A stretch of 33,632 bases of DNA, taken from UHGV virus genome UHGV-0129001, one strand, 5' to 3'. Positions 25,824 to 33,632 of the stretch are shown here, in pieces (within the stretch, counting starts at the first letter, position 1; each line of letters starts with the position of its first letter). Source of the DNA: a virus. The notes beneath the pieces are model-generated. The model searched no databases. It had not been told where the DNA came from and worked only from the letters and a program-made list of their open reading frames with translations. Made by a program: the position numbers and the translations under genes.

Positions 25824-26164
25824 TTTAATTTATACCTTTCTACAACATTTTGTTGAATAGTTTTTCCATATTTTTTCCAAGTTCTTTCATACCATTTATT
25901 ATTAGTCCCTGGCTCTGACCAATTTGTACTACTAGGCATTTTCCAAACTCTTAAAGCATAATTGGTATAAGATCCTATGTAGTAGTTACCATCAGTTCCT
26001 CTAACACCGGCAGCAGTAGATGTTTGCCTCATTCTGCCAGTATCTTTTGGAATCGTGGTATAAGCTCTATCAAGAGTCTGCCTTGCTACTGTATAAGTTA
26101 TCTTATTAGGTGCTTCTAACAATTCTTTTTTGGCTTTTGAATTCCAAATAACCTTACATTCCAT
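25820..26164 (-). CDS. Neck/minor capsid protein (HK97 gp10-like)
   Basis: IPKDTGRMRQT...YTNYA...PGTNNKWYE. Confidence 0.7.
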   Translation of the reverse strand: MECKVIWNSKAKKELLEAPNKITYTVARQTLDRAYTTIPKDTGRMRQTSTAAGVRGTDGNYYIGSYTNYALRVWKMPSSTNWSEPGTNNKWYERTWKKYGKTIQQNVVERYKLK

Positions 26165-26499
26165 TATTTCACCATAATAATATAATTTTCTATTCTATTG
26201 TAGATGTAATTTTCATATACTTTCAATATTGTATGAGTTTCTTCTTTGAAATTAGGAGCTTTTATTTTTCCACCTAAGAAAATAATTTGGTCGCCTACTC
26301 GGACATCAACATTTCTAGGTACTTGATAATAACCTATAGCCTCATCATGTGTATATATTCCAAAATTAATTGAATTATCTACATCATAAGGGCAACATTT
26401 AATGATTATTTCTTTATATTCTTGGTCATCAAAAATATTGTTATTTCCGTCTCTATTGAACTGCCTTAATTTGGCTTTCATACCATTTACTAAAAACAT
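26164..26499 (-). CDS. Head closure protein
   Basis: Size, position, VRVGDQI motif. Confidence 0.6.
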   Translation of the reverse strand: MFLVNGMKAKLRQFNRDGNNNIFDDQEYKEIIIKCCPYDVDNSINFGIYTHDEAIGYYQVPRNVDVRVGDQIIFLGGKIKAPNFKEETHTILKVYENYIYNRIENYIIMVK

Positions 26500-26879
26500 T
26501 ATTCTCCTCCAAAAGGTAAGGTTAAGCTCATGTTGTCAGTCATTCTACTACCTCTATATAAATATCCGTTATTTGCTAATATTCTTAATGATAAAGTTGA
26601 ATAATCAGTTTTTAATGGTGAACTCATGTTTCCAGCTTTGATGTCTTTATCAAAATCAACAAATGGTATATCATGTTCTATCATGAATCTCATTTGCTCC
26701 ATGGAAGCTTTTTTAATAGGCAAAGGGACACTTGCTGTATCCCAACTTGTGTCCCTATATCTCAAGCCTATTTGTGAGAAAATCATCTCACTTGCTGCTT
26801 CTATTTGCCAAGCTGAAATATTAGCATTTGCATAATCCGGATATTTATCCTCGAATTCTGCTATTGTGAAAAATTGCAT
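26499..26879 (-). CDS. Head-tail adaptor
   Basis: IEAASEMI...IKKASMEQ...ILANNGYLYRG; follows the capsid gene. Confidence 0.7.
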   Translation of the reverse strand: MQFFTIAEFEDKYPDYANANISAWQIEAASEMIFSQIGLRYRDTSWDTASVPLPIKKASMEQMRFMIEHDIPFVDFDKDIKAGNMSSPLKTDYSTLSLRILANNGYLYRGSRMTDNMSLTLPFGGE

Positions 26880-26897
26880 TTTCTCACCTCATTTCTA

Positions 26898-28055
26898 TTA
26901 TGCTGCAGCTATTTCAATTGTACCACTGAAAGCATTTGAGTAGTTTCCGTGTGCGTCTATACCGTAAATAGATACATTGTAAGAGCCTGCTGCTGTTGGT
27001 TGTCCAGTTAATGCTCCTGAAGTAGGATTTAATGTTAACCCTGCAGGTAATCCACCAGCTTCAAACTTGGCAACGTTAGTACCACTAAATGCTGTTATTT
27101 GCGTGTATGCTTTTCCAACTTTTCCAGCATCGAATGTACCGTTGTCTACTGTTGGTATAGTTTCAACAAGTTTGATAATAGCTTCTGAACGAACTACTTT
27201 TGCTCCAAACATTACATTTCCCTCTACTACGAAATAGCCTGGATATCCTGGGAAATCTCCATTATGTTGAACGAATGAACTCCAGAATGTATCTCCTACA
27301 GTACCAACTTCGTTAGCAAAATATCCTACTACACCAGTGTCTTGTTTGTTTTCATCTTTTAGTACGTTTGAATTGATTTGGAATACTGATACACCATAAG
27401 CCTCAGCAACTTGTCCCATATCAACACCCTCAACACCAGCTCTTGTTTCATATTTTAAGATTGAAGTTAAGCTTGAAATAAAGTAAGCATAAGCATCTGA
27501 ACGTAAACCTAATAGGTATCCGTCATAAATGTCTCTATCGAATAATTTAGCTTTTAAGTCATTAATTAATTCAATAGTTTCAGTTCCGTTACTTGGTGCC
27601 CATTTAGTAATTTGTCCATCAGTGTAAGCCATTGATCCATCTTGTGGTCCTGTAATATCAGCATTTAATTTTCCAAAACCATATACATCAATTTGTTTAG
27701 AAATTTGGCTTTCTTTTAATTCAATTTGACCTTCAATAGCTCTTTCAATTCCTGAACCCATTACAATTGGACTAATACGGAATGAATAATCCATTGGTAA
27801 TTCAGTTAAATCTACTTTTACTGAATTGTAAGTAGCTAACTCGTTTGTTAGTCCTCCCTGTGCAATTTCAACATTTTGTCTTACGTTTAACTTAGTGTCT
27901 AATTGCTTAATAACCTCAATGATAGGTGTTCCAGTACGTCCTACTTCAAAGAAACGTCTATTTAACATCTTGTAGAATTGAGAATTATAAAGTAAATTAG
28001 CATAAGTTCTTTTCATTAGACCTTGTAAGTCTAAGTTTACTCCTGTAAAATTCAT
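26898..28055 (-). CDS. Major capsid protein with C-terminal Ig-like (He_PIG) domain
   Basis: After scaffold; VMFGAKVVRSEAII typical HK97-fold end, then GKVGKAY...GGLPAGLTLNPTSGALTGQPTAAGSY. Confidence 0.85.
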   Translation of the reverse strand: MNFTGVNLDLQGLMKRTYANLLYNSQFYKMLNRRFFEVGRTGTPIIEVIKQLDTKLNVRQNVEIAQGGLTNELATYNSVKVDLTELPMDYSFRISPIVMGSGIERAIEGQIELKESQISKQIDVYGFGKLNADITGPQDGSMAYTDGQITKWAPSNGTETIELINDLKAKLFDRDIYDGYLLGLRSDAYAYFISSLTSILKYETRAGVEGVDMGQVAEAYGVSVFQINSNVLKDENKQDTGVVGYFANEVGTVGDTFWSSFVQHNGDFPGYPGYFVVEGNVMFGAKVVRSEAIIKLVETIPTVDNGTFDAGKVGKAYTQITAFSGTNVAKFEAGGLPAGLTLNPTSGALTGQPTAAGSYNVSIYGIDAHGNYSNAFSGTIEIAAA

Positions 28056-28093
28056 AATTTATTCCTCCTATTCTTCCTTTATATTTAACTAAA

Positions 28094-28636
28094 TTATTTA
28101 GTTACAGGTATAAATAAATCTTTGATAGAAGTATTTCTAGTAATTTTTATATCGTTAGATTTACTTCCTTTATTTCCATTTACTTGTCCATTTTCGTTTG
28201 GTGCTTGTGTAAATGGTGTTTTCTGTTCTTCAGCAAAATAAGTATTTTTAAACTTTTCTGCTATTGCATCTACTGCCTTTTGGTCATCTTTTTCATCAGC
28301 ATATAGACTATTTCTCAACTTTACCACTTCATCAAAATCTTTTTCTTTAAATCTTTTTTTAACAAGCTTATTTTCTAGTGATACTCTAGCCATTTTGTCA
28401 TTTGTATCGCTTAGAGTTTTAACTGTAGTGTTGTAATTATTTTCCAAAGTAGTATAGTCAGATTGTAACTTAGTAAAATCTTCTTTCTTAACATACCCAC
28501 TATAATCAGGCTCTTTTATATCACTATTTTTAGTGTATCCTTTGTGCATATCGTTAGTTAATTTTTCTAAGTCAAGGTCATCGTTACTAATCGTAACATC
28601 TTTGTTTTTTAGATATTTAGTAATATCAAAGTTCAT
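28094..28636 (-). CDS. Capsid scaffold protein
   Basis: Charged coiled coil, YVKKEDF motif, before the capsid gene. Confidence 0.75.
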   Translation of the reverse strand: MNFDITKYLKNKDVTISNDDLDLEKLTNDMHKGYTKNSDIKEPDYSGYVKKEDFTKLQSDYTTLENNYNTTVKTLSDTNDKMARVSLENKLVKKRFKEKDFDEVVKLRNSLYADEKDDQKAVDAIAEKFKNTYFAEEQKTPFTQAPNENGQVNGNKGSKSNDIKITRNTSIKDLFIPVTK

Positions 28637-28696
28637 TTCATCTCTACCTTTCTTTTAAAGTAAAGTGCAAGTGTGTATTACAAACCTTTTATAGTC

Positions 28697-29677
28697 TTAC
28701 TTGTAACTGGACTTAATTTCTTTGTATTTTTCGTTCAACTTTTTAATTTTTGCATCGGTTTTATCAACCATTTCTTGATTACCCATTTTTTTGTAAATGG
28801 ATTTGTCGTTTTCTAGCTTATCAACCTGAAGTTCTATAGCTCTTGCTTTTTGCTTTTGCTTATATTTATCTTCCCATTCTTCATTATTGTAATCATTCTT
28901 TTGAATCTGGTCTTTATCCCAATATATTAACCATTGATGTTTGCAATTAGGATGTCCAACTCCTCCCTCAATAGCAACTTCCTTTGGTTGGTACTCTATA
29001 CCGTCAGTAGTTCTACCACTTGTGCCATTTTTACTATATACTTTTCCTTGATAAGGCATACATAGCGGACAAGCAAATGTATGAGCTGGTAAATATAATA
29101 AATTTTCTTCAAGTAAATTGGCATCGTATAATGTTCTATTCCATCCTGCTCTATTTAAGTTAGTATTAAATAGCATTGAATTATAATCTGCTATGTTGTG
29201 CCAACTATGAATAGTACCATTTTTATTGTAATAAGGAATTGTAGCTTGGTATTTATCGTATACTTCTACTAGCTCGGATAAATATGCTTTTTTATCAATG
29301 TATTCTTTTTCTACTGTTTTTATTTTCTCTTTGTAATATCTATCTACATTTTTCTTATATCCTTTTTCTTTAGAAATATAATCTCTTTCTTTTGCTAGTT
29401 CATAGACTTCTTTATACTTGGCATCCGGATTAAGTATTTCTCTATCTAATAAATCTCTTGCCTCTATCATATCTTGCAATTCTTTAATTCTTTGAGCCAT
29501 ATAAGAATGATCTATACCTTCCCATATCTTTTCAGTTCTTTTTTTGAAATCTTCTAAAGACTTACCTTGTTCTAAGTATTGAAAAAATATTCTTTTAGTT
29601 TTAAACATTAAATTGTAATAATCTAATTTAGTAGTATATACACTATCATCTATGAATGTATTAAATGGGTCTTTCAT
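28697..29677 (-). CDS. Minor capsid/head morphogenesis protein
   Basis: HTFACPLCMPYQGKVYS...GGVGHPNCKH; after portal. Confidence 0.82.
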   Translation of the reverse strand: MKDPFNTFIDDSVYTTKLDYYNLMFKTKRIFFQYLEQGKSLEDFKKRTEKIWEGIDHSYMAQRIKELQDMIEARDLLDREILNPDAKYKEVYELAKERDYISKEKGYKKNVDRYYKEKIKTVEKEYIDKKAYLSELVEVYDKYQATIPYYNKNGTIHSWHNIADYNSMLFNTNLNRAGWNRTLYDANLLEENLLYLPAHTFACPLCMPYQGKVYSKNGTSGRTTDGIEYQPKEVAIEGGVGHPNCKHQWLIYWDKDQIQKNDYNNEEWEDKYKQKQKARAIELQVDKLENDKSIYKKMGNQEMVDKTDAKIKKLNEKYKEIKSSYK

Positions 29678-31038
29678 TAAATCTCACCAAATTTCACTTC
29701 TATGGATTCTTCTTCTTTTCTATTTTCTTCAATTAATTTTTCTATTGTTAAAATATCTTTTTTATCAATATCATCATCTATTAATTTTTTAAGTATTGGT
29801 GTTATTATTTTAGCTTTAACCGAATATGGAACACTACTTACTGCTTGAATTTTACTTAATACTTGAAGTTTTTTCATATCGGTCATTTTTTCATTAGCTC
29901 CATAGTCCCAATTAAGTTCCATAGGAATTAAATTTTGCGTTATTCCTTGTGTTTGTTGAGCTTTCACTATATTTTCTATTAAGTGATTTATTTGTGGCTC
30001 TATTTGTGTCTTTATTGCCTCTACAGTCATATCAGAATTGTTTTTACTTAAATCTATACTGTCTACATTTTGGTAAGCATCTTTTTCGTAACCAAAACTT
30101 GCTGGGCTTAATCCTGCCATTTGAATTACTTGATAATCGCAAAACTTAAACGTGCTTATATATTTATCTATCCTAACATCACCTTGTAAGAATTCAAACA
30201 ACTGGTGGTCTTTATCTCCAGGTAAAAGAGTAAAGTAATCAGCTAGTTTTCCAACTGTTAAAGTATCAATTTTGTAATGATTGCTTGCTGGGGTCCAGTT
30301 AGTAACTATATCTCCACTTTGATAATGTTGACTTGTTACTATCCTAGTCTTAGTCTTCTCAATTTCATCAGCTATTGTATTAAATACTTCCATTTCTTCA
30401 TTAATAAACTTTTTACTGTCTTTGAAGAAATCCTGACCTATATCAATATTTATTAGTATTTCATAAGGCAATATGTATTTAGCTAAGTAATCATTGCCAG
30501 TACGGTAGTTAAATGTACTTAAATCAATTGGTATCAGTTTAGATTTACTATCAATCTTGTATGCTTCCATAGTCATATATGTTATTCCGTTATCTATAAC
30601 TATATTTCTATGTAGTTCATAGGTTTCTTCGGATGTATCGTATTCTTGGATAATAGTACCACTTATGACTTTGTCGAATTTTTGAACTAAATTATGTATA
30701 TCAGATTTCTTAATACATTCAAGATATATTTTATTATCGAACTTATGAATCAATATAAAGCTTTCTTCTTCATAAACTGCTAGTTCTAAGCTTTCTTTAA
30801 GTGTAGGCATAAGCCAATTAATTGATAATCCCTCTGTTTGTGTAACTAAATCACTTCCAAATATTTGATTTACTATATAAGTAGCTATTTTCTTGCCACT
30901 TGGTGCAATAATATACTTGTATTCTCTTGATATATTAGGCTTACCATTTGTAATTCCTGGATGTGTAACTGAAACCTCTATTCTAATATAAGGAGCTTCA
31001 AGGAAATTATAAGCTGGCTTTATTCTTGCATTATTCAT
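29677..31038 (-). CDS. Portal protein (A118-like)
   Basis: 453 aa after TerL; AGLSPASFG motif. Confidence 0.8.
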   Translation of the reverse strand: MNNARIKPAYNFLEAPYIRIEVSVTHPGITNGKPNISREYKYIIAPSGKKIATYIVNQIFGSDLVTQTEGLSINWLMPTLKESLELAVYEEESFILIHKFDNKIYLECIKKSDIHNLVQKFDKVISGTIIQEYDTSEETYELHRNIVIDNGITYMTMEAYKIDSKSKLIPIDLSTFNYRTGNDYLAKYILPYEILINIDIGQDFFKDSKKFINEEMEVFNTIADEIEKTKTRIVTSQHYQSGDIVTNWTPASNHYKIDTLTVGKLADYFTLLPGDKDHQLFEFLQGDVRIDKYISTFKFCDYQVIQMAGLSPASFGYEKDAYQNVDSIDLSKNNSDMTVEAIKTQIEPQINHLIENIVKAQQTQGITQNLIPMELNWDYGANEKMTDMKKLQVLSKIQAVSSVPYSVKAKIITPILKKLIDDDIDKKDILTIEKLIEENRKEEESIEVKFGEI

Positions 31039-31339
31039 TTATTGTCACCCCCTCGTAAATCATAACTTCAATATGAGCTTCTTTTTTAACTTCATCAGTA
31101 TATTTATATTTAAAACTTCTAGTTACTATTTGCACAGGATTATTTGTACCTAGTAAATGTTTTTTTCCACGAGTTTTAATTACATAAATTTTATTCATTG
31201 GAGCAAAGTCTTTATCTATTTTTAAACATTTAATACATTGACCGTTTAAGTAGAGATATAATTTCCATTTTTTGTTATTTTCATAATATTTTTTTACTTT
31301 TTGTATTTTTTTCACAATTTTTTTGATTATACTGTTCAT
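31031..31339 (-). CDS. Hypothetical basic protein
   Basis: ATG 31339 after RBS AAAGGAGG. Confidence 0.7.
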   Translation of the reverse strand: MNSIIKKIVKKIQKVKKYYENNKKWKLYLYLNGQCIKCLKIDKDFAPMNKIYVIKTRGKKHLLGTNNPVQIVTRSFKYKYTDEVKKEAHIEVMIYEGVTINE

Positions 31340-31357
31340 CTTTATACCTCCTTTCAC

Positions 31358-31396
31358 AAAAATAAAGAACATACAGTTATTTAACTATATGCTCTT
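31358..31396 (-). terminator. Terminator-like hairpin in the portal operon leader
   Basis: AAGAGCAUAUAGUUA/UAACUGUAUGUUCUU then UAUUUUU. Confidence 0.6.
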
Positions 31397-31430
31397 GTAT
31401 TTAACACACTTTTGCACTTGTTCTTATATA

Positions 31431-31459
31431 ATTATATCATTTTTATTATTTTTTGTCAA
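31431..31459 (-). promoter_or_regulatory. Consensus SigA promoter upstream of the portal operon
   Basis: TTGACA-17 bp-TATAAT with extended TG. Confidence 0.85.
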
Positions 31460-31658
31460 TTTGCCTATCATGTCTAGCTACCAAAGTATAATGCGTTGGA
31501 TAAATCTCATATTCTTCTATGCACTTGCATTGTCTACAAGCAAATTTTATTCTTATCGGTGTTGTTATATCTACACCCATTTTTTTTAGATTACTATAGT
31601 AGTTTTCTATATCTATATCACATAAAAATCTTCTACTTATTTTACATTTTATTTCCAT
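31446..31658 (-). CDS. Small Cys-rich protein
   Basis: CKIS..FLC...CRQC; RBS AGGAGG. Confidence 0.65.
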   Translation of the reverse strand: MEIKCKISRRFLCDIDIENYYSNLKKMGVDITTPIRIKFACRQCKCIEEYEIYPTHYTLVARHDRQIDKK

Positions 31659-31666
31659 TTATCCTC

Positions 31667-33031
31667 CTAAACAACAGGTGACCTATCGCTTTCTTTGAAT
31701 TCTATTAATATATATCTTAAAGCATCATTATGATCATCAAAATCTTTCACATAACAGTCTATTCCAGTCTTTGCACTTTTTGGAGTATCATATCTATAAC
31801 TTTCTAGCTCTAATATTCCATCATCTTTTCCACTAAAAACAGGAGTACCATCATCGTTAAAATGTTTAATTGAATTATGCTTGTATATCAATAAGTAATC
31901 TTTGTAAAATAATGACTGCATATATTGTACACCCTCATTTACAGTAATTTCTTTTTTGTTTGTTAAGTTATGATTAATGTTATCAGCTATCAACCTATTA
32001 TGAAAATGAGCTGCTGCACTATCTAGTACTATTGTAGTTATTGGTACTTGTGGATATCTTATTTTCAAGTATAGTAAGAATAACCTCAATTGCTTACTAA
32101 AGTATTCAGTAGTAGGATTATCTTTATCTTCATTTGGATTATGATAGTAACATTCTAGTCTTACTATTTGCCATTTTTTTTTGATTTTATTAAATACTAA
32201 TGCTATCGGTACAAATACAGTAGAATGGACTGAACCATAATCTATTCCTATTCCTATCTCTCTAAATACATATCCTTGTAAGCTATCTATTGTATTTATT
32301 TGATTAAACACACGTCCTGTAGCAAGTACCCACTTGCAAAATATCTTTTGCTCTCGCAAACTTCCCTCGGGGAACATACTTACTACCTTTCGCATTGCCA
32401 CTTCATCATTAATCTTAGGATTATCGTATGGGTAAAATGTATAATGTATAGCATTTGGCTTGTTATCTATATAATCTATTTTATATGGATGATTAGCACT
32501 ACCTTCTACGTTAAATGAATGTATGGTCTTTAAATAAGGATGATTAGCATAGCTTATTTGTCTACCAGGAAATTCATTGAATGGTTCTCTTAGGTTATCT
32601 TGTGAATAAATTCTAGCACTTTCATCTATCCACTCAAATATTAAAGGTTTGCCTAAGATTTTATTAAAAGCAAGTACATTATTGAATCCAAAGAAATAAA
32701 ATCTTATGTTATATATTTCTAAGTACTTATCATCAGTTTGCCATTTTAATATGTAATCTTTACCTTTTACAAGTTTCATGTCTTCAAGGAACTTTTTTAA
32801 AGGCTCTAGTATATTCCCCTTTAGTGTTTCTAAGCTCCAACCAGTAATTGAACCAAAATAAGACTCATTGGGATTATAATTATATAAAGCTTGAGCATAC
32901 ATTATTGTAGCCAAGCATATATCATAAGTCTTACCACTTTGTGTACTTCCTAGTACATAAATTTCAGCCTTGTAAGGACTGATTATATCATTTAGTAGAT
33001 TTTCTTGTTTTTTTGATAGAGTTAATTTCAT
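31667..33031 (-). CDS. terL: Terminase large subunit
   Basis: Walker A GSTQSGKT, Walker B WIDES, nuclease GIDYG...DDHNDALRY. Confidence 0.92.
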   Translation of the reverse strand: MKLTLSKKQENLLNDIISPYKAEIYVLGSTQSGKTYDICLATIMYAQALYNYNPNESYFGSITGWSLETLKGNILEPLKKFLEDMKLVKGKDYILKWQTDDKYLEIYNIRFYFFGFNNVLAFNKILGKPLIFEWIDESARIYSQDNLREPFNEFPGRQISYANHPYLKTIHSFNVEGSANHPYKIDYIDNKPNAIHYTFYPYDNPKINDEVAMRKVVSMFPEGSLREQKIFCKWVLATGRVFNQINTIDSLQGYVFREIGIGIDYGSVHSTVFVPIALVFNKIKKKWQIVRLECYYHNPNEDKDNPTTEYFSKQLRLFLLYLKIRYPQVPITTIVLDSAAAHFHNRLIADNINHNLTNKKEITVNEGVQYMQSLFYKDYLLIYKHNSIKHFNDDGTPVFSGKDDGILELESYRYDTPKSAKTGIDCYVKDFDDHNDALRYILIEFKESDRSPVV

Positions 33032-33209
33032 TTAATTGCTCCTCTACCTTGTTTATTTCTAATTTTACTTCTTTAGTACATCCATCGGTTTTAATGTCTT
33101 TAATAATCAATTCTTTCTTTTCTAATTTCAATTTTTCTTCTTTTGAAACAACAAAATTATTACTACCCTTGATCATGTACCTATCTTCATTTAATTTTAT
33201 AAATTCCAT
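32988..33209 (-). CDS. Hypothetical protein
   Basis: 73 aa, RBS AGGTG. Confidence 0.65.
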   Translation of the reverse strand: MEFIKLNEDRYMIKGSNNFVVSKEEKLKLEKKELIIKDIKTDGCTKEVKLEINKVEEQLNEINSIKKTRKSTK

Positions 33210-33217
33210 TTTATCAC

Positions 33218-33475
33218 CTAAATTCTAAACACTTCTCCAGTATCACTCCACATAGCCATTCCATTGCCTAGTTCTTTGTAAACCCTACCATTACGCATTT
33301 TTATTCTACTATCACTAAGTATTTTTTTATTCGTTATCTTAACGAATTTATTAGGAATACTTACAGGTTCTTTAGTTACTTCTTTATTAACCGGTTTATT
33401 GTCTAATGACATTATTTCAATATCTTCTTTTTTTATAGATGTTTCAGTTTTTATTTCTTTCTTTTTTCTAGCCAT
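33218..33475 (-). CDS. Hypothetical protein
   Basis: 85 aa, RBS AAGGAGG. Confidence 0.7.
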   Translation of the reverse strand: MARKKKEIKTETSIKKEDIEIMSLDNKPVNKEVTKEPVSIPNKFVKITNKKILSDSRIKMRNGRVYKELGNGMAMWSDTGEVFRI

Positions 33476-33499
33476 GAATAGTCCTCCTTTTTTGTATCT

Positions 33500-33528
33500 T
33501 TAATAGATACTGATACTAAATAATAAAA
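33500..33528. repeat. Inverted repeat of window positions 1-29
   Basis: Reverse complement of 1-29 matches 33500-33528 at 26/29. Confidence 0.8.
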
Positions 33529-33632
33529 TCTTTCGTCACTTCTCTGCCTAGAATTATTTTTATTGTTATCTCGAGTTCAATAAAATATATTCGTCTGAGT
33601 TACCTTTAATTAGAATACGTCTAATTGCGTTA

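Noticed and set aside
1310..33228. All plus-strand ORFs in the track
   Set aside because: Short antisense shadows of minus-strand genes, F/L/S/I-rich, with no recognisable motifs.

Overview
An AT-rich siphovirus-type phage of a low-GC Gram-positive (Bacillota-like) host, probably complete or near-complete and circularly permuted. Essentially all genes are on the minus strand in the standard genetic code. In transcription order (high to low coordinates): TerL, A118-like portal, minor head, scaffold, major capsid with a fused Ig domain, connectors, major tail, tape measure, tail tip, holins and CHAP endolysin; then small early ORFs, a GH73 glucosaminidase, an SNF2/IbrA-like/IbrB-like trio, Cro-like HTH, replication initiator with iterons, helicase loader, ERF/exonuclease/SSB, a displaced tail-chaperone pair, TerS, a structured non-coding region and a frameshifted NUMOD4-HNH. 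No integrase, reverse transcriptase, tRNA or CRISPR was seen. Highlights: (1) an 852-nt group I intron with an HNH gene splits the tape measure gene, with splice junctions readable by eye; (2) an early gene ends in a ~51% GC segment resembling a DGR variable repeat although no RT or template repeat is visible, suggesting diversification in trans; (3) tail chaperones sit far from the tail genes with a likely +1 frameshift; (4) several candidate structured RNAs. All family calls are from motif recognition by eye, not database searches.
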